A stretch of 64,000 bases of DNA from the human T2T-CHM13v2.0 reference genome, Homo sapiens: assembly GCF_009914755.1 (NCBI RefSeq), contig NC_060929.1. The stretch is one strand, 5' to 3'. The notes below the pieces were generated by a model. It was not told the origin of the DNA. It saw only the letters and a program-made list of their open reading frames with translations, and made no database searches. Of the stretch, positions 38,491 through 54,969 are shown piece by piece (the stretch's first letter is position 1; each line of letters starts with the position of its first letter). The translations under genes were made by a program, and so were the position numbers.

Positions 38491-41400
38491 GATAGAATTC
38501 TATAATAATATTATTAGGCTGCTCTGCCATACCTTATTTTCTATAAGTCACCTGACTAAAGTTAATTAATACTTATGGTTATTGACGTGACACAAGAGAT
38601 GTTATTTGCATTTAATGATACAAACTGCATAAGACACTGAAGAGAACAACTCAAAATGTGACCTACATCAAATTCTTGCAAGTTTCCCAAATTCCGGAAA
38701 CAAGAAAAATGTATTGCTACTTTGCTTGATGTTTTTTTTTTCAAGTACAATGAATGTGTGTATAAAATTAAATGCAAATCTGTAGTAGAGATTTACTATT
38801 AAGTTTTTTAAACATGCTGAACAATGCTGGCTGAAAAAATAAAGAAATAAAATGTCCTATTGAAATTGGATACTGCAATTCAACACTGGACAGCTTTAGT
38901 TCATATATTTCAATGACCATCAAGCTCATATACTGTTAGATTTAATTATCTCAAGTATATAACTCAGGAACCCTGGTATGTTATTCTAATAGCGCTATGA
39001 AGCTTCCAGTATTTGCAGCTGTGGCCAGAGCATGTTAATCAAACTAGTGTCTTATAAAATGAAAGTGATTATAAAATGTTAGTATAATTTATGTGGGGTA
39101 AGAAATGGAAGGGAATATATATTCAGAAAGCCCAGTTTTGAGATCTGACAATACAACAATTTTCTTTTCCTTCCAGCAGATAAGAGAATTATATTTACAG
39201 AGCTTATATTTTAAAAATAAATCTAATGCTTGCTTTTTCTTACTTGATCATGAAGTGTTCCCCTGGCTAAGGATGCCACTCAAAAACATATTCTATTTCT
39301 GTTTATAAGTACCACTGGGACAATGCTGATATTGTACTTGGTTTCTTTCCAGAAAAGAATATTCTTTCTTTCACTTTACATATTCATTTTACTCTAGCAC
39401 AGCAATATTTTCAAGTTTTTAAAATGTAAAATTGATTTTGTGTTATTGAAAATTTTATTTTGAAAATATTGAAATAGCACCAGAATTCAAAAGAGGTAAT
39501 TTGAATGTTTGCTGCCCTAATTTGTTGCAAAGATAGAATAAACTACGTAAGTGTAAAAAATCCTAGATTTAAAAAAAGCAGTTGGCATTGAACATATTAA
39601 TGTTTTAGTTATTATATTTATGTATATTTTTTACTGATTTTATGATTTTAATATCAAATTCTCCAATTGAAAATCAGTCTGTATGCCTCTAAAAATTAGT
39701 AATCCTCACTTGATGCTCTTTTCCATACATGATGGCCACATAAAGCTATTTGTTATTTCTGTCTGAACTGATGAATTTTGCTTGTTGGATTGTTGCTATA
39801 TCTGCAGAACTTTTAATTCTCAAAAATATGTGTCTGTGAAATAAAAATAAAATTTTAGCAAATGCAGAACAACATAGAAAAGCCAAAACATTGTATATTA
39901 ATTTTGAGAACGCAACATTTTTTGCTACAAAGTTGTCAACTTAACCATATTTTGTCTAGAAAATACTGAAAGATTTTAATTCACTGAGCACACACTAAAA
40001 TGGCAGAGCTTAGTGGTGTCTATTAAGTAAAAGAGAAGGAAGCTACCCTAAGGGTAAAACAAATAATCTTTAAAAAGCTAATTTTATATGCTGCCTACTT
40101 TTTAAAAATTCTTATATAACTGTCATATTGTATAAAATATCTAAATTCAATGTCTAGATTTTCTCAAGAAGATGATGCTGGTATGTGATGGATATAGCAT
40201 TTAAAAGCATTGCTCAACACTCTCTACATGCTGTAAAAATATTGCTTATGGTGTTGTATTGGCCTTTTCCTGAAGTATGCAGCGTCAAATTTCTGATATC
40301 ATAACTTGCGTCATAACAAAAGATTTGTAAAAACAAAATTTAATTATATTTAATTAAAATAAAACTTTTCTCCAACAAATACTGATTTTGTTACCTTTTA
40401 CTGCTGAGTATTCTAGAATAGAAAAACTACCACTTTTTATATAACTCTACTTATTTCTACATATTTAATATTTTCAAGCTTTTCATAGTTCCTCGTGTCG
40501 CTTATGTTTTTATTTATCTTTTTTTGCTCGTTTTCTCAAAATTCTAGAATAATTTAAGCCTCCTGTCCTGAACAACTTCTATTTCCCCCATCCCAGTATG
40601 CTATTCAATGCTCTCAATACAGTCTTTAATTTAGCAGTTACCTATTTCAGTTTGATATGCCTTGATCTCACTTTATCTCACTTTCCTTTTTATTGAATCT
40701 TCACAGATATTGTGTTCTCTCAATCATTTTTAGAGTATAAACCATATAGTAATCTTTCTTCAGTTAAGGTATAGCTTCCTCATTCCTAGCAGAGAGTTAT
40801 CTCATGTTCAGTAACACTGCCTTTATACTCAGAAAGAGGAGTTCTACACCTTGAGAAGTTCCACTCTCGCCTTCCATCAAACAGGCTTCTGTGCATGAGA
40901 TGAAGGATATACAGTATCCTTCTTCTACAACATGCCCCAAGTATCAGAGAACTCAGATTCCCTGCTAAAACTGGGATTTTCCCACATTGACAGACATGTC
41001 TGTAGGAGGAGTAGGATAGAGTCATGAATGGGGATGAAAGGGGTGTGGATACTTTCTAAGGTATGCTGTGAAATCCTAAGCAGTTCAAGTATTTCAAATT
41101 GGAGCATGGTTTTATTAGTCTTTATGAAATTATATTCTTTCAAAGAAGGAGGATATGACATATTATTAACATTTTATTAACTTGATTTATAGCATTTGAA
41201 TATCTAGACATATTTTTTTGACATCCATTTGTCCTCTTGCTTTAGACCCTAAAAATGTTAGAGACCACCATGAAATTCAGGCATGTAGATGTACCAGCAA
41301 ACCTAGGTACCTGCATACATGCACACACAAAAGTGATAGTTCATTTGGAAGTTCCATGGGAAATGTATACGGTGGCTTCAATACTTCAGACAGTATTCAC

Positions 41401-41931
41401 CTTGATTAAAGTTTGGGATAGGCAAGGAATTTTAAAAATATGGTGTCATGAAACTCTTTTAGTTCACATATGTTTTAAAATTGCTGCTTTTAATGGCACA
41501 AGACTAAGACAGCAAGGGATATTTACAACTAAGTGAGCCAGATAAAGAGTCCTGTTAATTGACTAGACTGGCTGAAGCAAAGGTCCTAAGTAAGATTAAA
41601 TGTAGTGACTATGTCTCTACTTTATCCTAAGTTGCAGATTCTCATCCTGTGTTTTCCAATATTCATTATAAAGAAAAAAGTCATAATCCAAAATGTCAAA
41701 TTGTTTTATCCCAGCAACTCCTAAATTATTCAGAGTATAGTTTTAGTTGATAAGTTGAGCTGGTTATTAATAATTAGCTTTGTGAGTATTTTTCCAGTTC
41801 TCTTTCTTTATTCATTCTTATTATCTACACAGACACTATAATACTTCTGATGGGGGGAGATCATTTAAGATTGCTTAAATTTCAGCAGCTGCTTATAATA
41901 AGCTAATATTAAATTTGCCTCTAACAATATT

Positions 41932-41934
<3 letters not shown>

Positions 41935-41967
<33 letters not shown>
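41935..41967. repeat. (CA)n microsatellite
   Basis: Seen directly. Confidence 0.95.
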
Positions 41968-41971
<4 letters not shown>

Positions 41972-42754
41972 TGTTTCTTCTGTACTACATTCCCAGAGGG
42001 GGCGATAAAATGTAATGTTTTTAAAACTACAAAATTATATGTCATTAAATTACCTCACCACCAGTGTAATACATATTTCAGTCACAGAAAATGCGTAAAT
42101 AATTATTAAACCACAATATCATATGTAACTTGGCTCAAGTGAACTTAAACCCATTCACCCTGTTATATATGGAGTAATAGTGGTGAGGACTATACCAAGA
42201 GACTACTAAGATATGAAATCTGGAGTCTACAGAGACAGAACTCACTATAAGTAAGAGAATAAGAAACATGAGCTGGGTCTAAAAACAATGACTTAGCATG
42301 ATATGGAATAGGTGATTTTGAGCAAAATGTTGAGCTTATAACTCAGATTATCTTCTCTTCTATTATAAATCAATAACTTTTCTCGAGTCTAGGTGGAAAT
42401 AAGTGTGGTTGCATTTTATCTCTGTGAAACATTGAAGCACAAAGGAGACCAATAAAAAAAGACATTTTACATATATCTGTATATATTTGTTATTTATTTT
42501 GGTCACTCAACTTTGAATGTTGTTTGATGTTTGGGAACATTCAAGTTGATGAGTCTTGCTGAGGAAGCAATAACTACTTTTATCTATAAAAGCAAAACAA
42601 TTCTGTGAATTCACTCTCTTAGCTTCCATTGCACATGACCTAGGATCTATTAATCAAACATATCTGTATCAGATTGACGCGGGAGTGAGAGATGAAGATC
42701 TCTCCGTCTGTCTGTCTCTCTCAGTCTTTGTCTCTGTCTTTCTTTTTCTCCCCA

Positions 42755-42980
42755 CAGTAGTAGTAGCAGCAAACCCCGGCATCTAGTTCTACTCGGCAGC
42801 AGTAGCAAAATTTTTCTAAGATAAATTTTTAACACTGCTTTGGAATGTTTCTGGAAATGTAGCTTTGAGTCTTGTTCTCCAAGCCTCCCAACAAATCTGT
42901 GAGCTGCCCTCATGTCCTTTTTCTGCTTAATCACCTAGTCAGCCTTTATTGCTTGCAAATATGAATCCTAATTGCGACAA
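42755..42980 (+). mobile_element. Ancient ERVL/MaLR LTR 3' part
   Basis: aaatctgtgagctgccc...cctttttctgcttaa...ttgcttgcaa...cctaattgcgaca terminal pattern. Confidence 0.45.
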
Positions 42981-43719
42981 GACTGTAGAACAACGGTGAG
43001 ATTTAAGGATTGCTCTTTCTTCATCAGACAGGATTAAATGTTGCCTAGCATTAGCACACTTCAATTTATTCTGAATCAATACAAGCTAGAGACAGAGCTA
43101 GTAGTATTAATGCCCACATTGGTTCTAAAACTGGTGGCCACAATCTGCGATAATTTCGCAGAACAATGCTTGCATTTTCAGCTAGCACATTTTGGTAGCA
43201 GTGGCAATTTCAGTGAGTGCCTTTTGCTTTAAGTGGCTTTTGTGAATTAGCGTGGATTGACACCACAGGTGAAAAGTAACACTGGTGGCTTCAGAGGCAA
43301 AGGGGGATGATGTTCTTGTTATGACAGGGACAAACAGCACTGAAGGTACCTCTCTATGACTGCATAAAACCCCATGGCTAGAACAAAAGAGGAAATTATC
43401 AAAAATCAAACACATTTAAGAAAATTTGTTTACAGGTATTGATTAGACAGATCTTGGCAAATCCTTGAAATATTTGGGAATGGGGAAAAGTGGGGCTTCA
43501 AAGAGAGACAGAGAGTTCCAGTGAATTCTCTGGTGGGGGTTGTAACTAGACAAATGCTCTTCATTACCAAAATTATCTACATTTTATTATTGATTATAAA
43601 ATCTACACATTAATACATACATAGAAAAGAAAATGCATTTGGTGGGGATATACAAGTTATGAAAGACATATAGAATGTCTTCTAACAAAAGATTTTGGCT
43701 TCTGACCAAAATATTATAG

Positions 43720-44053
<334 letters not shown>

Positions 44054-46619
44054 TAGGGTTGCTTATTAACAAACTTTCACATTGTTCAAAGTGTACAATG
44101 GTGTATATAAGCAAATAAAGGAAGAAAGGTATGCCTAAATGTGGGAAATAGGTTGTGATGAGATAGCAGCAAGAATGAGGACGTGAATATTCTAGGCACA
44201 TTTATAAAAGAGTTTATGATGGGAAACAAAAATAGCTGGGTGGATAACAAAAAGTCTTGAACCCCAGAAAGAGAATGAAAACCTTCAAAAGGCTTTATTG
44301 GTTTTGTTGTCAAAGTGGTTTTTGAATGCTGAAAAATGTGTATTTGTATCAACTACAGAACATATTAATCTACTGAGGATTTTGTATAAAAGTGTATTGC
44401 AGATTTTTTATTGTTCTATTCTGTAAATTGACTTTCATCAGATTTGCTTCTCATATGAATAATTTTCCTGTCTCTGCTTGCTGTTTATTGCATGAAATAA
44501 TTGGCATTTTGATGACTATTTTGAAAGTGCAAGTTCTAGTACTTGACTGAGCTGTTCCTACAGCATTCAGATGGTGAATTTGTGTGGAAGCCTTTCCCAT
44601 TTCACATTCTAATTCAAATCATAAATCAAAGTTGTGAATGTAAAGGATTGTGAATAGTACAGCTCTGTATAGATTCATAACAAACTAAATTAACCCACAG
44701 GCTAGAATGGAAAGCTAAAGACATCTTTCAATTTGAACCGATTGGCTATTGAAATAAAAATTTGGCAGCTAGAGAATACAAAGCAGATTGGATAACATAA
44801 TCCCCATGAGAGCTTTATTTGACATAAACATGAGTTTCTCATGTCATGCTTAGTATGTAGGTATGGTGATTTCAGTCACTTTTTAGCACTTTAAAGTGCT
44901 TGACTTTTCCCCAAAATTTCCTATTTAAAAACTGGTATTTTCCTAAGAAGTTTTTTTTTTTTAAAAAAATTCTACCTTAGTTTTCTATAAATTTTGAACA
45001 GTGTTTTATTTTGTGTAATATGCCTAAAAATGTGTTGTAAAATATAATCATGTATATGTTTTTAACAAAATAATTTTTATGTTCTAAAATGTGATTCAAC
45101 ATATGCAATTAGTTTCTACAATGACAAAAATATTTCCTCAAATGCCAACTCATCAAGATTTTTCTCAAATTGTACTTATATACAAGCTCGGCTTTGTACT
45201 TGTAATCATTGTTGTCTTGTATACCTTAGAGGTGTACTGGAAGGGAGCAATAAAAGAAAATTTATTTATAAGTGAAGAAATGTCTCCGATTTAATGAACT
45301 GAGTTCTTCTATTGTTATAATAAAAAATACTTCCGATCATGCAAATCCTTTAAGAAGCTAAAATAGTTTTTATATAAAGGATATAGAAAATAGATATCTT
45401 ATGTATACTCTTAGTTTTTTTCTTTTAGAAAAAGCAATTATTTTGTCAAATAGTATCTCTTTTACTGTCTTTTCTCTTTTGTCTTTGTTTTCCTCTGGAT
45501 ATTTTATTTTCAATTCTCATATTAGAAAGTAAGAAATATAAAACTAAAATGTGGCCATTTTAAGCACAGATTCTCAACATGTACATGATACAGTAAAATA
45601 CTAAATAAACTTCCTGAAATACCCAGGGTAGTAGATGAAGCCTCACTTTCATGTTTTCTGGTACTGTATAGAGTTTACAGTATTTCTAGGAAAGATAGAT
45701 TATTTTTGTAGCCTTTCCTACAAATATTGTCTAAATGGTGTTATAATCGGAAAGGCAAAAGATTCAGACTTGCTTTCTTTATTCTGTTAATATTATGCAA
45801 ATCCAGATGAAATATGAAATGTAAGGATTTTTCCTACATTATCTTGAAAATTCAAAAGGTTATGTAGGTACTATATAAAAATACATATATTTGTTAAATA
45901 AAATATATCTGACTTGAAAGCTTTTTTATATCCTTAAAATGATTGTATTAATCTACTAACTTTTCAACAGTCAAATTATTAATTTTTTGGTTTATAGAAT
46001 GTAAAATACAGATGTAAAATCCAAACTAGAAAATAAGTTTGAAAATCAGTGCCTACTAGCTGTGACTATTTTACTTATAGATGTAGCATTGGTATCATGA
46101 ATCATGGTAGTAATTGTAAATTAAGACTGCAAAAGACAATAGCTAAAAATAAGGGATGTGTAATTTATATTCACTCATCTACTTTTAATGAGGATATCTT
46201 TATCCAATACTGATATATTGATTAGCACTTTGAAAAAAATGTAAATGCAGAGAAGAATCATTCCCTAGAACTATGACTACTAATTGAACAAAAGACTTTT
46301 TTCAATCTGCAAAGCATGACAGTTTTATACTTTGAATATGTATATTATAGATCAAAACTAGTTTTTAAAAACTTGATTTTTAAAAATCAAGTATCTGCCA
46401 GTGCCAGTGCTACCTGATATTAATATTTAGTTAAGTACTTCAAGAAAACTATTGACTTTTTCAACCTTTCTCTATATTCAATTGTGCAGGCATTCATTCA
46501 ACAACCATTTGTTGGGAATTTACTAAGGAGTGGTGCTAGGAACTCCCTTGAAATTGGTGTTTGTTTCCATGACTCTGAAATAATATGCCAGGTGGGCAAT
46601 AGGAATAATAATGCAGAAA

Positions 46620-46775
46620 GATTAGCGGAGTCTGGATCCTTAAGGTGTAAAGATCTATAATCTCCATGGTGAATAACCAATCTCTAGCCTTTTTTGTATG
46701 TGTGAAAAAAGAAATCAACTTCTATGTTGTTTAAGCCATTATTATGTTGCAGGTTAGTTATGACAAGTAGCACAG
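46620..46775 (+). mobile_element. MLT1 LTR 3' fragment
   Basis: gaaatcaacttctatgttgtttaagccatt. Confidence 0.5.
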
Positions 46776-47029
46776 TCATTGATATGCAAATTATTATGAA
46801 ACAAAAAAAGGTTTTTAAGGTATTGAATAGGAGAAAAAATATCAAAGGATCTATATGGAGTGATGGACTGGATCAAGGAAAAGTAACATTTAGGTGAAAG
46901 AGCTAAGAATATGAAGACCTAGACATTTTATCTACTGATCTTCATTGCTTAATATGGGCAGGCTTGATCATCCAAGAAAGGTTAGGCTTTAAGTGTAAGA
47001 TTGGGGAAATAAGATGTATTTCACCAACA

Positions 47030-47231
47030 ATTGAGAAAGGACCCTGAACCACAAAGGGGAATCGTAGCCTTAGCTATAACACCTCAATCAGTCTAGTGAC
47101 ACCTAAGCCATAGGCACAGCTAACCTGTACTTGAATTCCTGACCTATAGAAACTGTAAGACAAAAAATTTGTGTTGTTTTAAGCTGCAAAATTTGTGCTG
47201 ATTTATTACATAACAATAGAAAACGTATACA
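47030..47231 (+). mobile_element. MLT1E/F-like LTR 3' part
   Basis: ttcctgacctatagaaactgtaagac...gttttaagctgc...aatagaaaac...taca. Confidence 0.7.
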
Positions 47232-47341
47232 CTAGACAACTAGGTCCAAGCAAATAAAAGAACATTCTACATGAGAATGTGCCAGACACACTCTTATGAA
47301 ATGTCATATGAAATTTACATTGATTGAATAGTGTAAATTTT

Positions 47342-48887
<1,546 letters not shown>

Positions 48888-48986
48888 TAGTGTAAATTTT
48901 AAAGATCTCAGGTCTCCTTCTGCAAAGATGAATCAGGTTGTATACTTTTTTGTGTTTAAGCATTCATATGGTGGTGTCTTTTATAA

Positions 48987-49253
<267 letters not shown>

Positions 49254-50107
49254 TAAAAACAGAAATATCTATGGATCTTTCTTCTTCTTCTTCTCCTTTT
49301 TCTATTTCAAGCCCCTCATTTCCATGTACACTTGAGATGATACCACTGCACAACATCAAAAACTACACCTCAGTGTGCTACCCTTAAAGCTGAAAGGATA
49401 GTATAGTATTTATCAGAAAATTGGGGCCAGAAGAAGAAGTTACAATGTGCTGAACTTGGAATCATATGTATCTTCCTGAATAAACAAGTAATTTTCATAT
49501 TTTTCTTTTGCTTAAATAATCTTAAAATGATGTTAATATTATAATAAGCTTTGGATAATTTCCTGGGAAATTATAGTAAAGTCTACAAATGTAGCTAGCA
49601 ATATAGATGCTTAAAAGTAATCTTTAAACTGGCTGAACACATTCAGGCCTTTGACTTTCACTCCAGGCCTTTATGTAAATGTTTTGCTTTAGGCATGATC
49701 CTGAAATTAATATATTGTCAAATCCATATAATTTAGAAGAACAGCATTAATTTATTCATTTTCTAAATATCATGGTTTCTCATAAAGCTTTCTTAGCCAA
49801 GGAAGGAGATAAGATACTTTGTGGCTTAGTTTGGTTTGCAACCTAAACAGCACTTATTGGCTACAATGGTCTAGACACCTGTTATTCCGTTATTAACTTA
49901 TATTTTTGAAAGATTAGTTTCATTCTCTCTGGGAATGAGGAGAGTAACACTGTTATGTGTGGTTGCTGTCTTCTTTAGGGCTTGTACCTGTTAGGGTATA
50001 TAAACTGGGAGAAGTTATCAGATCCTTTCTTTGTCTAGTTTTCTGAAAGCCAGAGAGAAGAATGATTTAGCTGTATTTGGGCAGCCCCACCTTCAGCAGG
50101 CATACAT

Positions 50108-50135
50108 CACACACACACACACACACACACACACA
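50108..50135. repeat. (CA)n microsatellite
   Basis: Seen directly. Confidence 0.95.
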
Positions 50136-51736
50136 TTCACATCACAGCTATCTCCATCATATACATTAATTGAGCTTCATATGAATAAAGACAGATGTCT
50201 GTTTCAACGAAGAGAGACACAGATGGAAAATTTCTATCATTTGTTGCACTTTTTCAACTTGAAGAACCAGAGGATAAATCTTTAAATATAAACTTTAAAG
50301 ATTTCTTAGTGAGAACATAGGGATGCCGTTCTTATTATTTGTCATTTATGGTCAAATGTAAAATCAATAAAAAGTAACTTGGAAATAATATTTACAAATA
50401 ACCTTAGGTAATGAACAAAATATTTCCTTTATTATTTTAAGTCTTTGAAAAAAATATTACAAAGAGCAGGGATTCATTTATAGACTTGACAAGAAAATTT
50501 CTGGCTAAACTTTGTTTCTTTGAAAAGGAGCTAAATTGCTTCAAGGCTGCATATGGAAATGCCTAACTGCGCTTTCTATTACATATTACAGTAAAGAAAG
50601 ATTGTAATAAATGGATCATATTTATTTCTTTATAGATATAATCTGGAGACATTTTATGCAGAAGAGCCAATGGAGGTGGGGCTTTTCTGGTAATTACTGC
50701 CATCAGCTGAAAAGAGATCACAGTTCTAGACAGTTAATTTTACTGTCTCCACTTTCTTGGGCCCACACAGTCCTATCACCCCGCAATTCTGAACCTGCAT
50801 GGTCATTACTTTCATATCTTTTTGAAGCAGAGATGGGAATAAATAGAATATTGTATATTTTCCTCTTACTTGAAAAATGTGAGTCTTCTCTTTTCCCAGG
50901 AAAGGAAGAGAGTTTGGCTAATTCATTTATGAAAAAAACTATTTTACTTGACATTTACTGTATTCATTATACTTATGAAATAGATAATGGGAGTTATTGA
51001 AGGGAACTTTCTGGAATTAAAGTATGCAAAATATTTTGATGACCCATAATATAAAAGCATCTATAAAATTCTATCATAATGTAACAAAATTTAATAGATT
51101 CAGCCACTCATTTTAAAAACATATAAAGTAAATTATAAAGCATATTGTAAGAAGGCTTTACTGGAAGATCTAGATAAGCTATTATGCATGTTTAATAAGT
51201 GAATATAAGCTATTACCATATGCTTTGAATAGCAAGTAATTTAATATATTTGATTTATCCTGAGGGAAAAATGCAATAGATTTAACAAAAAATGTTTATA
51301 CTTCAAACTAAATATTAATCTTTTATTTGAACCAAAGTGTAAGGACACACTGCAAAGAAGAAGCTGTTTGGTATACCTTCTTTTGCCCCAGCATTTTAGC
51401 TGTCCAAGTCAGATAGTATCTTTTATGTTCTTCACCATCTTGAGGGGGAAAGGCCATATCAATTCTGTCAAAAATATTTTTCATATAACTACAATTGTAA
51501 AGTTTTCGAAGTTGTACATTATATATTCATGAACTATTAAAAGTGAAAAATATCATAACTAATAAAATTTGTTGATTTTAGAGATGACTGCTTGGCCCAA
51601 AAAATTTAGTCAAATATATGCAAATCATTATTAGAAAATGAAGACCAAGTTCCTTAGCTCATTATACATGACCTGCAGTAAATTTTACAACATCTTCCTT
51701 TCAGGCATAATTTTCCAAAAGACAAGGCTAATCATT

Positions 51737-52125
51737 GCATTAGTCTGGTTAAGTTATAGTATGCTGCAGTAAATATCAACTTCAAAATCTCAGTGATTTA
51801 ATATAGCAAGTTTACTCTCATTCAGTGTTCATGATAAGTTTGAGTAACTCTCTTGTATGGCTGCCCTCTAACTGCTATCCAACCTCCTTTGGTACTGTAG
51901 GTGCTGCCATGTCACCCTGAGTCTTTGTTCCCATGGCTGGAGAAAAAGGACTGTGGAGAATTCACAGCTATTCTATTTTTGTCTCAGATGTTGCATGTAT
52001 CACTTCTGAATATAGTCCATAAAATAGAATTAATCTAATTATTTTAACTACAAGAGCACTGAGAACATTGTTCTTTCTGCGACCAGGAAGAAGAAAAGTA
52101 GATGATGGTTGAATACTAGACATGC
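51737..52125 (-). mobile_element. MLT1J/K-like LTR
   Basis: tatgctgcagtaa...aaatctcagtgatttaa...atcacttctg...ccaggaagaaga. Confidence 0.7.
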
Positions 52126-52324
52126 CTTACTAATAATGTCTTTCTCATGATCCCGCTTGTATTCTTATAAGTCATGGTATCTATTTTGAATTGGATAGCC
52201 TCTGCCACTTTTTGTATGTGTAAATTTTGTTTAATTTATGATTCATACTGCTTTCTTCACCTGTATATATGATCTGGAACAGTGATCCTATAATAATTTT
52301 GTACCTAGTAGTACATATTAAATT

Positions 52325-52387
52325 TTAAAAAGCCCTTGCACATAGTAAATGTTCAACAAAGCTTTGTTAAATGAATAAATAAATGAA
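52325..52387 (+). mobile_element. L2 3' end
   Basis: gcacatagtaaatgttcaacaaa...tgttaaatgaataaataaatgaa. Confidence 0.65.
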
Positions 52388-52609
52388 AAAATGGTAGCTG
52401 GTCATTCAGTACTACTCTCTTGTGGATAATTTTAACATATTGTCACTACTCTGGCAACATATCTATGTTCTATTTGGGCTTCAAATGAAACCTTCTCAAT
52501 AGAGCCATATCTTGCAGGCCAACTGGAGTGTCATCTCTAGCCATTCAAATTTAGAGCTCTGGTTATCAGAAATTCTCATTTATCATTCCCCATGCACCAC
52601 AATAGTGTG

Positions 52610-52830
52610 TAAGTAGAAAACATAATGGTTTAAATCAATGGACTGGAGTTAGCAGTTGGGTTCCAAGCCCAGGTATTGACTTACTGTGTGACCTTGGGCA
52701 GATGATTTAAAATATCTGCCGTATTTACTTCATCTGTGACATGGAGTGAAAATAACAGCAACAATTTCATAGATTTTTAAAAAATTCAGTGTGATACTCC
52801 TTGAAAAACACTTAGAAAAAAAGCTTGAAT
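52610..52830 (+). mobile_element. MIR
   Basis: ggactggagttag...gggttccaagcccag...tgtgaccttgggcagatgatttaa...ctcatctgt. Confidence 0.8.
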
Positions 52831-52849
52831 CAGATGGGTAATACATTCT

Positions 52850-52920
52850 ATTATATATATATACACACACACATATACACACACACACATACACACAAAC
52901 ATATATATATGTATATATAC
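52850..52920. repeat. (TA)/(CA) compound microsatellite
   Basis: Seen directly. Confidence 0.9.
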
Positions 52921-53868
52921 AGCCAGGGAGTCAAATACTAGAAAATAGAAGAGGTATAGAATTTGTAATCCAAACACGAGCTCTTTTGGATAAGATAGGC
53001 TAGAGACAATTTGAGAATAAGAGCTGTATATGAATACTCGCCACTGCTTCAGACCCGTTTTCTGTTGTATTGAACCCACAGTATTGATCTATATATTCTA
53101 ATCAATGTGCAGAAGTATTTTTATAGGCTTCTTATAGTATCAATCTGACTCTGAAATTTAGGAAACACAATATTAAATCTTGATTTCTTATTGACTGGCT
53201 ACATAAATTATAGCTAGTTTTCAAAGAATGTATTTCCCAAGATATTATTAAAGATGTTAAGTGAAGCCTGAATGGTTCTATAGAAATAAATGAAACAAAA
53301 ATACCTTTCCCCTCACATTATAAAACCAATGCTTTGTTATTGGAGATAATTTGAAGTGTATCTCAAGTCAAAATATTTAAACACTCATTTTCTGTAATAT
53401 GACAATACTCTTGCTCCCATACTATGACTGTAATATCATAAGTCTTTGGTTGAAATATAAATGTTTTACCTATGGAAGTAAAACACAAGTTACCAACACC
53501 TTATGTGCTTTGGCATGAATTATTTTATCACTTTTTCTTCCAAGAAACCTAAGTATGTATAGAAATTTATGCAGAAACAGGATATTTCAATTGAGATGGA
53601 AAAAGATATTTCCAGAATGTGGAAATCTGCTCAGGAAATATAAGCTTATTTGGATTCAATGTAAGTGAGCTAATTAGTAACAGGGTAGCAAAAACATAAG
53701 GTATCTAAAAGGGCTAAGGTTCACCAAAGAATGATAATTTATTTTAACTTCTTAGCACCTAGTGTCAGGTTTTAACTTCTTAGCGCCTAGTAATTACTTT
53801 TCACATATTCATTTTATGTGATAAATTATTTTTATAAATTTGCTTGTAATATTATATATTTTTGCAAG

Positions 53869-54535
53869 TAATAGCAGTAGGAAGCAGACAAATGCCTAGG
53901 CAGAGAGGGGTGGGTCCTTGGTGAAACCCCACCTCCAAGACAAAGTTTAAAACCTGAAAGCCAAGCTACAAGCCAAATCCACAGACCAGATTGAGAACTT
54001 GTCTTCCTGTTTGGCATGCTTTCCTCTGATTGATTCCCACCCTTCACCTATTTTACATATATGTACTTTCCCTAATTGGTTTTTACACTGTTGTGCCCAC
54101 CTTTGGGTGTTGCCTTTGTTTTAACCTTTTTTGCATACTCAAACCAATCAGCATGCAATCCCCTATTCTGAGTCCATAAAAGCCCCAGACTCAGTCACAA
54201 TGGGAGATAAACTATCCCTGCATTTCCTATCCACCAAGAGCTGTTCCATCGCTCAATAAAATTATCCACCCTCCTCACCCTTCAATTGTCAATGTATTCT
54301 CGTTCTTCTTTGATGCAGATACCACTGAAAGTGGGTACGAGCTATAACACAGGTGGCTGGGGCACGCGCGGCCTGGCTGCAAGATGAGCTGGTGCAGAAG
54401 CCAGGTGTGGCCTGGGCAGGCCAAGTGGGTGGGCCACCTTCTGCAGCAGGTAGCATGCCTGAGCGAGGCCTGGGCTGAAGTGTTGCTGACTGGAGTTCCC
54501 TTGCTGGCAAAGTGAACAAGAAAAATCCTGTATCA
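53869..54535 (+). mobile_element. MER50-family (ERV1) solo LTR
   Basis: aaatgcctaggcag...ggtgaaaccccacctccaag...ccaatcagc, cataaaa, aataaa, ends aaaaatcctgtatca. Confidence 0.85.
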
Positions 54536-54719
54536 TAAAGAACCTAGTGTAATAACAACTCATAGAAATATAGCAAATACAACTGTGAATAAATTCTTAA
54601 CATTTGTGAAATTTTATCCATAAATGTCTTTTCAGTAATTTTAGTGCAAAATTGAGTAACTTTGATTCCTTAAAAACAAAAATAAAATAACCTTTGTTAC
54701 TCTAACCAGGAAGCAGAAT

Positions 54720-54875
54720 AAGTGCATCATTTAATTCTCAACACTCCCTGGAGACAAAAGTGTTATTGCTCAACACACATACGTATGCATAAAGTAAATT
54801 AGGGCCAGAAGTATTAAGTAACTTGCTCAAGAAATCCCAACTAGAAAATTGCTGAGCTGGAATTTAATCTCATTA
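54720..54875 (-). mobile_element. MIR
   Basis: catttaattctcaac...ttaagtaacttgctcaag...gagctggaattta. Confidence 0.7.
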
Positions 54876-54969
54876 TCTCATATTTATTTTTCTGTTAAGA
54901 TACAAACAATTAGATTCACCATAATTTTTGCCTCACAACACACTCTGATCATTAATCTCCATAAAACCC

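Noticed and set aside
40780-41066. Possible exon ending AAG|GTATGC
   Set aside because: No convincing acceptor or coding signal; cannot be supported from sequence alone
50611-51000. 129-aa ORF as CDS
   Set aside because: No recognisable domain; composition typical of AT-rich chance ORFs
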